From an uncultured archaeon (GTDB taxonomy: Archaea > Thermoplasmatota > Penumbrarchaeia > JASLWR01), in assembly GCA_964430885.1 (NCBI GenBank), contig CAYSHM010000006.1, positions 86,645-150,644 of the forward strand: a stretch of 64,000 bases of DNA. The letters are read 5' to 3'. A program made the translations under genes and the position numbers. The notes under the pieces are model-generated. The model ran no database searches, was not told the origin of the DNA, and saw only the letters and a list, made by a program, of their open reading frames with translations. Of the stretch, positions 56,301 to 64,000 are shown piece after piece. Position 1 is the stretch's first letter; every line of letters starts with the position of its first letter.

Positions 56301-58499
56301 CATCATAATGTCCCTGACCCCCATGCCAAGCTTAGTAAGGTTGACTTCAACATTTTTTACAAGCTCGGGAGCACCGCTGCCCATCAATCTTGCATAAATA
56401 ACAACGGTCTTCTTTCCTTCAATACTTATATCTATGCTTCGGGGTTCGGCCCAAGTGGATACGATGGAAAATGAATTTGGTCCCCCTGTGTTATTGAATA
56501 TGGATTGAATTTCATTTTCATTAGGATTTTTGGTAACACCTTCTGCAAAAAATGAATCCTCAAATATTGTTTTCTTTGTTCTCAGATTATATAGATATAC
56601 ATTGACCTTGGCTGTTGTATCGGGTTCAAAGATATAATATGACCATGTTTCACCAGGCTGGAATCTCTCGATGTTCTGGGAGCCGGTGTTCTTATGGAAT
56701 GTCCCGTCTCCCAATTTCACGAACTCCTTGTTTATATCGTTGAAATACAGCCTCACCTCGTAATCCTCCACATCCAGGAATTCTCCTCCCTGATGGTAAA
56801 GAGTGATTTTTCCTGTGCTGTTGGCACTTATAATATCCCAGGAGCCTTCCATTTCCACATAATCGATATCTTCGGGTTTCTCTACATTGTAAACCCAGAA
56901 AGCGAGTATGGAGGCTAGAACAACCGTGATAGCAACCATAAGGATAGTTCCTATTACCGGTGATACACCATTCTTGTCTCTTTTAGATCGTCTGTTCCGG
57001 GAAGCTCTACCTTTTTCCGAATGGGATTCCCCGCCTTTGACCTTACACTTAGTTTCTTTCCTCTTCTTTCTTATCCTCATCTCCATGATCAATCCCCCCA
57101 AAGAAATCAATAAAAGAACAATGCTAGCAATAATCAGGGTGACTGCGGTGAGGCCTATTCCTTCATCATCCTTCCCAGTTTTGTCATCGTTGGGATTGTC
57201 TGAATCGGATATGTCATCATCTCCAGAGGTGTCATCCCCCGTTGTATCGTCATCACTGGTTATGTCATCATCCTCTGTTGAATCGTCATCTCCAGATGTG
57301 TCATCATCTTCTGATTCAGGCCCACCATTATCCACAGAAATATTATAGAAATCCATTATGAACGCGGTATCGGTGGACCTTGTCATATTGATGAACCATA
57401 TCTCATTTATTTCAGTATTTTCAATACCATTCAAAGTATACAGATCCCCGGTATAGGTTGTAATGAAATAGTTCCCCGCACTCGCCAAATCGCCCGTTTC
57501 TGTAGGCAGGTGGTATTTGGGAAGAATAACATTATAAAGAGGATCCAAAAGACCAATGTCCTTCAGCTGCAGGTATCTAACCGCTGGTTCCCAGGCATCA
57601 ATGGTTTTCTTGATAGTTGATCCAGGTATGTCGGAATAACCATATTCTCCCACAAGATGCGGAGGGACATCCAATAGTTTGCCAAGATGATTTTTTTCCT
57701 CTGTGATATAGAAGCTTAGGTTCAGATTGTCCTCTCTATTCAAGGTCAAACCGTCCAGAATGGCCTCCAGAAAATGCAATTCAACCTTTTTAGAAATACC
57801 TGATTCTTCACTGCCGTGAAGATGAATTTTCCCCTGATCTGGGTTCTTAGAACCAATATTTGATCTGGCAATAAGTATGTCATTTGATCTGAATTCGATA
57901 TTGTTTGAAAACTCGATTTCCGTACCTAAGATGTAGACAATTGTGGAATTGATCTCGGCATTTCCATTGATGTCAAATATGCAGTTGGAAATCCTTATGA
58001 CCTTTCCCTTGAAAATAGCACTGTTAGCATGAATGGTTTCCTCCATTAGGTCTAAAGTACCGTACCCAAGGGAATTCAGGTATTCGTTGGTAATTATCTT
58101 GGAGTCCTCGATAACTATACTGTTTCCTGATCCATGATTGTTCTGGGACTTTATTATTCTGAAATGACTGGGTGTATTGAATGTAGAGTTCATAATACTT
58201 ATAGACGAATCAGGACCGAGGACGAAAGTCACATCTGCAGAGTTCCAGGTGATATCCTTAATTTCCAGGTCTGCCCCCTCATTAAGCAGAACTATTGTTG
58301 TATCATTGAAGACAGGATGCTCTGAATCATCCCATACAATGGAATCCGTGAGAATCAGAGATCCCCCTCTATTAAGCGTACTAGCTGCTTCTGCAGAAGT
58401 TAAGTCAGTAATGGGTGAAACCATAAGCTGAAGAAGAATAAATGTCCCCAGTATGCCTATAAGAGTACCATCCTTTCCTATGTTCGCCGTTCGTTTCAT
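53343..58499 (-). CDS. Giant multi-module type IV pilin-like protein with two internal class III signal peptides
   Basis: RDKNG|VSPVIGTILMVAITVVLASILAFWV (aa 511/512) and DQKA|VSSVVGTIMVVSILVLIITLVLAFYVP (aa 1450/1451); Ig-like repeats (W.A.D.D...YS.DNG..W); ATG directly abuts the upstream stop. Confidence 0.75.
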   Translation of the reverse strand: MKRTANIGKDGTLIGILGTFILLQLMVSPITDLTSAEAASTLNRGGSLILTDSIVWDDSEHPVFNDTTIVLLNEGADLEIKDITWNSADVTFVLGPDSSISIMNSTFNTPSHFRIIKSQNNHGSGNSIVIEDSKIITNEYLNSLGYGTLDLMEETIHANSAIFKGKVIRISNCIFDINGNAEINSTIVYILGTEIEFSNNIEFRSNDILIARSNIGSKNPDQGKIHLHGSEESGISKKVELHFLEAILDGLTLNREDNLNLSFYITEEKNHLGKLLDVPPHLVGEYGYSDIPGSTIKKTIDAWEPAVRYLQLKDIGLLDPLYNVILPKYHLPTETGDLASAGNYFITTYTGDLYTLNGIENTEINEIWFINMTRSTDTAFIMDFYNISVDNGGPESEDDDTSGDDDSTEDDDITSDDDTTGDDTSGDDDISDSDNPNDDKTGKDDEGIGLTAVTLIIASIVLLLISLGGLIMEMRIRKKRKETKCKVKGGESHSEKGRASRNRRSKRDKNGVSPVIGTILMVAITVVLASILAFWVYNVEKPEDIDYVEMEGSWDIISANSTGKITLYHQGGEFLDVEDYEVRLYFNDINKEFVKLGDGTFHKNTGSQNIERFQPGETWSYYIFEPDTTAKVNVYLYNLRTKKTIFEDSFFAEGVTKNPNENEIQSIFNNTGGPNSFSIVSTWAEPRSIDISIEGKKTVVIYARLMGSGAPELVKNVEVNLTKLGMGVRDIMMLDNSLTSLVTYKSPRLTLPEEIDPGTYWLKVTSENSATGDIYYNEIQFTVTSLHNTRPRVSIVYPVGREIVTGTIPISWDAWDRDGDEVNISIEYSLDGDNWIILSENETNDGVYFWDTTAYSDGDYFIRISASDGTKIGTNTTTEPVHIDNYNSPPFTQIDRPISGEIINAYYDIQWTAYDEDPHDQITEVDLYYSPDNGVTWIVLVMGTPNDGIYTWDTNILSDGVDYQIMVMAFDGIETSYDISDGNFAVENINEAPSVELLTPIGSDTLKFIDETDSDFQDGNITWIDWNSTYGELKLYADENEGWTEIDKDQNISADGVDSEYTRDFDYGPEEELKLAYDEVNDEQGIFIRNYGGNFNYYIDFNKDGTPDIRFTQLGLQADTNNNGNFNNVYSTGVGYRAYIIGTGTDFYFDYFRDGNSPITQEMRIFDFQRDIGANFDWSTNQGMNSPTYFTTSLVLEYKPSGVYISGGFNGGESVIFDFIDIDGVIPLQTSVTVHVAISSDNTSWSNWISIQENSTNPGNWTLESIGNNQYIRYRLILASNIIQESPVIRGITIGYSLGGFYSEPSINITWIASDPDAGAVLYTSLFYSIDNGVNWVGIASGYWNVSSYSWDIVAMDPGRYMVRVQVYDGEFTAIDMTYNNFWIIENTRSITEITSLSGKITPEEDLTDNGILAPAVLLLLSTGIMLSFFSGKISHRKKTSLDKRTDQKAVSSVVGTIMVVSILVLIITLVLAFYVPRYTEDAEENYLDDVRMDFMDMKSGMDRLALNNISGSNIFVPLDTKSPSVPLVGSSGKEGHLRYNEEMPFLSMEIGSKGRMIGWGGVKFIPYLQHAADREYRLELGAVVESHWGSDSPYITSGPVFKIEKIGNETVLTLDMYSISSSNQNPSPSALMSTGIEFSLVHSHPMVFELGGGEMIYINISSSVANAWQDYIENNIKDHTDYHIHRMPHGENDADMIAIRFDNITRVKSRVSEFWVA
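57211..57310. repeat. Degenerate 15-18-bp repeats encoding a DDDTSG-like acidic linker
   Basis: DDDTSGDDDSTEDDDITSDDDTTGDDTSGDDD, just before the first internal TM. Confidence 0.7.
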
Positions 58500-59777
58500 T
58501 TACACCACCAGATTAAATAGTACCAGGCCCGTGAACAGCATAATGGATATATGCTTAAAACCTCCTTTCACGGTACCGTCCAACATAACGCCTACCATAA
58601 TACCTCCGCCGATCCCCTGGACGAATATTGCCAATAGAGAGTAATCCTCAAGGGTTTGGAGGGTTTCCTCGGATAATCCTCCGCTGAATGATTCAGGAAG
58701 TGCTTCGGAGTCTGAGAGTTCACTGTCCTCTGCTTCGCCGGTTATCATCTGGTTATCCTGAGCATATATTGGTGCAAGAGTACTCATGAGAAGTGAGACC
58801 ACCAGAAGGAACACCATGAAGGAGATGTAGATAATGACCATGTATGTACTCATACGCTTGCTCCTCTCAGTATTCAGATACTCGATCTCCTGTGCATCTT
58901 TGGCCGCACCATGGAGCACATCGCTGATCTTTCCTCCTGACACAGAAGCTTCAGCTATCAGAGCTATGGATTTTCGGGTCAACGGAGTTTTTACACGTTC
59001 ACCGAATAATTTAAGGGCCCTGGGCAGGGTTAAACCCCATTCTAAATGGGCTGCAAGTTTCTCCAGATCCTTCTGAATTATACCGTAATTGCCGTCCGCA
59101 GCCTTCTTTATTGCTTTGTGGAGCGGAAGTCCTGTTGAAACCGTTTCTGCCAGATCCAGAAGCAGTTCAGGTATACGTTTATTGATCAATTCCTCCCTTC
59201 TGCTCTCGTAGTATGTGTAATAGATGCCCACAGGTGTGGTGAAACCTATTACAGTCAATATCATGAAATCAAGGGATGAAAGAAAGGTTATGCTCCCTTT
59301 GTAGGCGAGTAGCGAGAACAGGGCGAAAATTCCTGATAGGATGAGTGCTATACCGTAAGTTAGCCTTCTGAAAGCAAAGAACTTCATCTCCTGCCAGTCA
59401 CCATGATATTTTCTCGATGTTGTAATCTCCCCTCCGACCTCCTTGATGTAGAGGACCAGGGGGAAAACAGCAATTATTATACTGATCATAGGAATAATCA
59501 CAACATTGTCATATTTCGCACTTGCTAAGGAAAGTGATTCGGGATTTGAGAAAATCAGCAGAACCGAGATGAGAGATATTAGAAATAATATCACTATTAT
59601 TATAGTGATCCTTCTACCAGTAAGGAAGAAGCTGAGAGTTCTAGCCTTCTTGTGCTCACCCATGCCGTCCTCCTCGGGGGGAACTTCTTGATACCTGCTA
59701 TCGGTATCTAAGGACAGGGATTCCATCCATTGGTCGGTGTATATTTCCTTTTTCTGTTTGTCTTTATTATCCTTCAT
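58500..59777 (-). CDS. Type IV pilus platform protein (TadC / T2SS F family)
   Basis: IPELLLDLAETVSTGLPL..AI, YG, WG.TL..AL, SGG.ISDVL and YMVIIYISFMVFL. ATG at 59777 after GGAGGTGA (track start 59867). Confidence 0.88.
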   Translation of the reverse strand: MKDNKDKQKKEIYTDQWMESLSLDTDSRYQEVPPEEDGMGEHKKARTLSFFLTGRRITIIIVILFLISLISVLLIFSNPESLSLASAKYDNVVIIPMISIIIAVFPLVLYIKEVGGEITTSRKYHGDWQEMKFFAFRRLTYGIALILSGIFALFSLLAYKGSITFLSSLDFMILTVIGFTTPVGIYYTYYESRREELINKRIPELLLDLAETVSTGLPLHKAIKKAADGNYGIIQKDLEKLAAHLEWGLTLPRALKLFGERVKTPLTRKSIALIAEASVSGGKISDVLHGAAKDAQEIEYLNTERSKRMSTYMVIIYISFMVFLLVVSLLMSTLAPIYAQDNQMITGEAEDSELSDSEALPESFSGGLSEETLQTLEDYSLLAIFVQGIGGGIMVGVMLDGTVKGGFKHISIMLFTGLVLFNLVV

Positions 59778-59796
59778 GATGTTCACCTCCTTTCTT

Positions 59797-61035
59797 TCAG
59801 TTATCCCTCGAACTCTTGAACAGCAGTATAAATCCGAATAATGAAGCAGGCATAAGTAGAAGCACAACCATCTTCAGAAGTGCCATTGATGAAGATGTTG
59901 CCTGAGCGTCCACAAGACTCATGATCAGCGCAATTATGAATAGGAACAGGGGCCCGGCGATGGCGACCACAACAAATGTTTCGGCCAATATGTCCATCTT
60001 CTCCATCTTGTCCTTCAGTTCTATCCTGCTCTCTGTTGAATACTGTTTTGATCTGTCCATAAGATAGTCTTTGATGGCGTTCCCTGATAAAATGGTGGTT
60101 ATCAATCCCTGAAGGAAGTCCCGAAACTTCTTTGAGGGGCTTCTGGAAATTGCTCTTTTAAGGGCTGTGATGGTGTCCTCTTTGAATATCTCGACATCCC
60201 TAACTATAAACGCAGCCTCCTTGGATAGCTCGCCATAGATATTCTTTCTCGATAATATTGCGAAGATCTTGATTATATTAACATTGGAGGCGGTAAGAGC
60301 GCTCATAAAATTGGTAGCAGAAGGGAGCTCCTTGTCAATACCGGCCTGCAGAGTGGATAATCGGGATGAGGGAAATGATATGTAGTAAGCATAGGTTATT
60401 ACCGATGGAAATAACCCAAAGAACACAATGATGAAGATACCTATCATCTGGAGGTTTGCAATATCAGGTATCTGAGCGATTAGGAAGATTACGAAAGCAG
60501 AGAACAGAATGCCTGCGGCCGATGCGATCAGGACCGATGTGAACCATTTGGCTATGTAGACCTCAGGTCTGATATCCAACCGGATCTTGACAAGTTTTGA
60601 CGGCAGGGCAGGATAACGGGAGATCGATTTTCTTGCATAGTTTCCAAAGAGTTTCATTGAAAAACTTTCAAATCCATAACTTCTTTCTTGGGACTTTTCA
60701 TCACGCTTTGATTTTTTCAGCTTGAATAGATAATAAAGGTATGTACTGACACCTGGGGCTACACCCACAGCAAGGAACAGTAAAATAAATGCCATTGCTC
60801 CGATTTCAGGCATGGTGAAGATAAGTGCGATTATTATAACTGCAGATAAGGCCAAACCTATCATACCGGAAAGAAGTACTGCAAGTATCCATACTGTCAA
60901 GTAATCTTCTGGGATTTCTTCTATACCACTCCTGAGTATGTTCATTTCAAGTTTGGGATGATTGTCCAATATTCCTTCGGCAGTATCCCTTACTTGGGAA
61001 TAAAAGGTTCCCTGTTTCCTGTTATTTTTAGGCAT
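59797..61035 (-). CDS. Type IV pilus platform protein (TadB/FlaJ-like, T2SS F family)
   Basis: IDKELPSATNFMSAL, YGELSKEA..IVRDVE, SPSKKFRDFLQG..TTILSG and LAETFV. Confidence 0.88.
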   Translation of the reverse strand: MPKNNRKQGTFYSQVRDTAEGILDNHPKLEMNILRSGIEEIPEDYLTVWILAVLLSGMIGLALSAVIIIALIFTMPEIGAMAFILLFLAVGVAPGVSTYLYYLFKLKKSKRDEKSQERSYGFESFSMKLFGNYARKSISRYPALPSKLVKIRLDIRPEVYIAKWFTSVLIASAAGILFSAFVIFLIAQIPDIANLQMIGIFIIVFFGLFPSVITYAYYISFPSSRLSTLQAGIDKELPSATNFMSALTASNVNIIKIFAILSRKNIYGELSKEAAFIVRDVEIFKEDTITALKRAISRSPSKKFRDFLQGLITTILSGNAIKDYLMDRSKQYSTESRIELKDKMEKMDILAETFVVVAIAGPLFLFIIALIMSLVDAQATSSSMALLKMVVLLLMPASLFGFILLFKSSRDN

Positions 61036-61067
61036 GATCCTTCCCTCCTTTTTTTATTTTACCCGAA

Positions 61068-63464
61068 TCACTCCTCCGAGAGGGTTCCGTGATCCTCAGC
61101 ATATTCTTCATCATTGTTCAATGCCTCAACACCCTCTTCAGTGAGCCTCCCGCCAGCTCCGCATTGACTGCATCGGAACTCAAATGGCCGGTTTTTGCTC
61201 TTGATATTAATTATATTGCGGCACTGACATCGAATCTTCAAGCTTTTATTGGAATCGTCGGATCGGGGTTCTTCTTTCTCTAAATTACTACTTTCGCTAG
61301 TTTCCATATTGGCCTTTTCCAGCTGATCCTTGAAACATTCCTCTATTCCATCGCCAATGGTCTTCTCTCCTCCCTCAATCGAGCATTTCTCCTTTAGCTC
61401 CTGGAGTTCTTTCACTTCCTCCTCTTCGCCGTCCCATTCCTGATCGTCCTCATAATCCTCCTTTTCTTCCTCCGCATCATCCCCATTATAATCCATGGAC
61501 CATACCTCAACACCATCTTCCTCATCATCATCCAATACATGGGCGGGGACCTCAAGTATGTCATCCAATTCAAGCGGTTTGGGGGGTTTGGAAGGCTTTG
61601 CGAGCTGACTCCCCCACTCCTTGCTTTCCATAGGTATCAGATCTTCGCTTCCCATGGGAACAAGGGCCTTGCTTTCCACCTTTTCCTCCTTACTGGCCTT
61701 CTGTATTGTGATCCGTTTTCTTTTCTTCGTTCCTCTGCATACGAATGGCCCGTCCTTGCTGAACATCTTCATTACCTTTTTTGGATTCTTGTAATACTGG
61801 GAAATAATACTGACAAACTCATCATACTCCCTTATATTGTTGGACTCCATGCATTTGATTATTCTTTCTCTTCTCTTGAGCTCCCTAATTAGTGCCTTCC
61901 GGTCCAAATTGGTTAGTTCCATGATCTTATCGAAAAGAATCGAATCTCCTAAAAATGAAAATGTATCATCCTCTGGATTCCAATTGAATACCTGGCCGGT
62001 TATCAGATCATTCGTCTCAGATTGGAATTTGCGTATTTCGACAACGCTTTTCACACGTCTTACATATTTGTCGCCGATCATTGTCGGCGTAAGGATTATC
62101 ACAAAATCAAGGGCCTGCAGCAGTGATCTAGGGATATTGATAGGGGGAGATTCCAATCTCTGCACAAGGGTTTTCTGTGAGTGAGCATGGATTGTGCTCA
62201 TGGTTGTATGGCCAGTAGCCATTGCCTGGAAAAGAACATAGGTTTCCCTGCCTCTGACCTCGCCCATTATTATATATTTAGGCCGCTGTCTAAGGGCCGC
62301 CTTGGCAAGATCGAACATGTCGATGTCCCCTCTTACCTTGCCGCCGCCAGAGCTTCCCTGGAGACTCTCACGGGTAACCCCGGCGATCCAGTTCTCATGG
62401 GGCAGGTTCAGTTCATGGGTGTCCTCTATTGATACGATCTTCTTATTGGGATCAATAAACAGGGAGGTTGCATTGAGCATAGTGGTCTTCCCAGATGCAG
62501 TACCGCCTGCGAACATCATGGAGAATCCGTATTGAGTAGCTATCCATAGAAAGGCCGCCATAATAGGTGTGATGGTCTTGTTTCTAACCAAGTCTATGGG
62601 GGTCATGGGTTTTTCTTTGAACCTCCGGATAGTGAATGACGAACCTCCTATGGTAACTTCGTTGGAAAGTGTAGCGTGGAGCCTTGAGCCATCAGGCATT
62701 GTAGCATCCAGAATGGGCTCGGCTATGGTTATGGACCTGTTGCTTCGCTGGGCCAGGGATATGACATAGGAATCAAGAACGTCATCGTCATTGAACAAGA
62801 TATTGGTTCTTAGTGACTGGTGTTTCCTGTGATCTACAAAGACATGCCTTCCTGGTCCGTCACAGGAGATGTCCTCTATATCACCATCTTTCATTATGGG
62901 ATCTATCTTCCCGTACCCGATGAAATCCCTGTTAATATAGTATTTCAGCTTTTTCAATTCCTCAGCATCTACATCCATGGAATATCTATTTATTATATTC
63001 CTAATGCCCTTGGCCATGTATGATTTTTTCCGTGTATATTTTTCCCGTTTCTTATGGCTCTTCTTCTTGATGAACAAAGGGCTGTCAGAGAATATGCCTC
63101 TGGTTCTCAGCTTGTGCCTCCTTCTGTCTTTGCTCCTTTTCTTCGATCCAGTAACGTCATTGTCATCAAGACCTACCTGGTCGGCTTCACCCATTGCTTT
63201 GTTCTGGGGGTCCATCTGCTTCAGAAAATCCATATTGCTCATGTAATATAGTACAAGGGACTCCTTCAGGAATTCTAAGTCCCGCTTTTCCTTTTTGGAC
63301 ATTTTTGGTTCGTTGACAACATACCGTTCCAGATCTGTTTCTAGATCTTTTACTATATCCACTTTCACAAGTCCGTTCTCAAATGTTTTGGAATCTAGAA
63401 TCTGGAAGCCTTCTTGTTCACGATTTAGAGAATTATTTGTTTTTTTATTTTTAGAAGTAGGCAT
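61068..63464 (-). CDS. Type II/IV secretion (pilus assembly) ATPase with acidic tail and C-terminal zinc ribbon
   Basis: GYGKIDPIM.D.DIEDISCDG, FTIRRF, GGTASGKTT, SIEDTHE, LRQRP, MGEVRG and TGH..STIHA. ATG at 63464 after GAGGGGTGA (track start 63473). Confidence 0.93.
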   Translation of the reverse strand: MPTSKNKKTNNSLNREQEGFQILDSKTFENGLVKVDIVKDLETDLERYVVNEPKMSKKEKRDLEFLKESLVLYYMSNMDFLKQMDPQNKAMGEADQVGLDDNDVTGSKKRSKDRRRHKLRTRGIFSDSPLFIKKKSHKKREKYTRKKSYMAKGIRNIINRYSMDVDAEELKKLKYYINRDFIGYGKIDPIMKDGDIEDISCDGPGRHVFVDHRKHQSLRTNILFNDDDVLDSYVISLAQRSNRSITIAEPILDATMPDGSRLHATLSNEVTIGGSSFTIRRFKEKPMTPIDLVRNKTITPIMAAFLWIATQYGFSMMFAGGTASGKTTMLNATSLFIDPNKKIVSIEDTHELNLPHENWIAGVTRESLQGSSGGGKVRGDIDMFDLAKAALRQRPKYIIMGEVRGRETYVLFQAMATGHTTMSTIHAHSQKTLVQRLESPPINIPRSLLQALDFVIILTPTMIGDKYVRRVKSVVEIRKFQSETNDLITGQVFNWNPEDDTFSFLGDSILFDKIMELTNLDRKALIRELKRRERIIKCMESNNIREYDEFVSIISQYYKNPKKVMKMFSKDGPFVCRGTKKRKRITIQKASKEEKVESKALVPMGSEDLIPMESKEWGSQLAKPSKPPKPLELDDILEVPAHVLDDDEEDGVEVWSMDYNGDDAEEEKEDYEDDQEWDGEEEEVKELQELKEKCSIEGGEKTIGDGIEECFKDQLEKANMETSESSNLEKEEPRSDDSNKSLKIRCQCRNIINIKSKNRPFEFRCSQCGAGGRLTEEGVEALNNDEEYAEDHGTLSEE

Positions 63465-63723
63465 AATCTTCACCCCTCTAGAAGCAAGAAAAAAATTTAT
63501 TTATAATCTATAAACATTAACTATATGGGAATATATAATATTATACACAAATCTGTTACATATTCACTGCATAAGATTTACAGGTTGAATAAACTACCAT
63601 TATATACGTATGCCTAATAAATTAACAAAATCAGTGTCATTATTTCGGATATTCAAGTGGGGCTTTCATGTAATTGAATATTGGGACACACATATTTATA
63701 ATAATTATCCATTTAACCCAGGT

Positions 63724-64000
63724 ATGATCGATGAGCTTAAAATCCACATCGAGAGCAAGAAGGAACTCTATTCACTCCTGGAGCGTGCTTTCTATTACGA
63801 GGAGATGATGGAGAACGATCTCGATTGGAACGCATTTCTTTTCATGGGTGTGAAGTTCAGGACGGTCATCTTCAAATTGGCACACGATTCTTCCCGTCAC
63901 AAGGAAAACATTGAAGAAATAGCTTCAAATCTTGAGGGTATGTATATAGGTTATATTCATTTTATCAACAATAAATGGGGAAAGTCCTTCATGTACCGAA
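63724..64000 (+). CDS. Partial ORF, possibly ferritin-like helical protein (runs off the window)
   Basis: Open frame MIDELKIHIESKKELYSLLERAFYYEEMMENDL...FKLAHDSSRHKENIEEI with no stop before the window end; L..A...E and D/E..H spacing resembles ferritin-like helices. Confidence 0.45.
   Translation, partial: MIDELKIHIESKKELYSLLERAFYYEEMMENDLDWNAFLFMGVKFRTVIFKLAHDSSRHKENIEEIASNLEGMYIGYIHFINNKWGKSFMYR

Noticed and set aside
53343-63464. Archaellum (flagellum) operon
   Set aside because: No FlaH/ArlH, archaellin or accessory arl genes are visible. Two separate TadB/C-like genes fit an adhesive type IV pilus.
1-64000. tRNA, rRNA, transposase or integrase genes
   Set aside because: None recognised by eye. 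A covariance-model scan would be needed to exclude small RNAs in the AT-rich intergenic regions.

Overview
This is archaeal chromosomal DNA. The rpl44e-rps27e-aIF2alpha-nop10-PAC2 operon, Cbf5, GGAGGTGA-type ribosome-binding sites and TATA-like promoters show this directly. The gene repertoire suggests an uncultured Thermoplasmatota lineage (inference). Two things stand out. (1) At the left edge, the 3' end of a bacterial-microcompartment (BMC) hexamer shell gene is followed by a deoxyribose-phosphate aldolase with an N-terminal encapsulation-peptide-like helix, a flavoprotein-like domain and a Cys cluster. This looks like the tail of a sugar-phosphate-utilisation BMC locus, only ~6 kb from archaeal ribosomal genes. 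(2) At the right end, a type IV pilus operon (ATPase plus two TadB/C-like proteins) has a single 1718-aa 'pilin' ORF with two internal class III prepilin cleavage sites, i.e. a candidate pilin polyprotein. The rest of the window holds giant membrane-anchored surface proteins (beta-propeller/Ig, two lamin-tail-domain paralogs, a WD40 protein), two membrane-anchored FKBPs and K+ transport genes. It also has amino-acid catabolism genes (probable arginine synthetase, ornithine aminotransferase, HutI-Nudix fusion) and housekeeping genes. I saw no tRNA, rRNA, CRISPR array or transposase. All family calls come from recognising motifs by eye; no searches were run.
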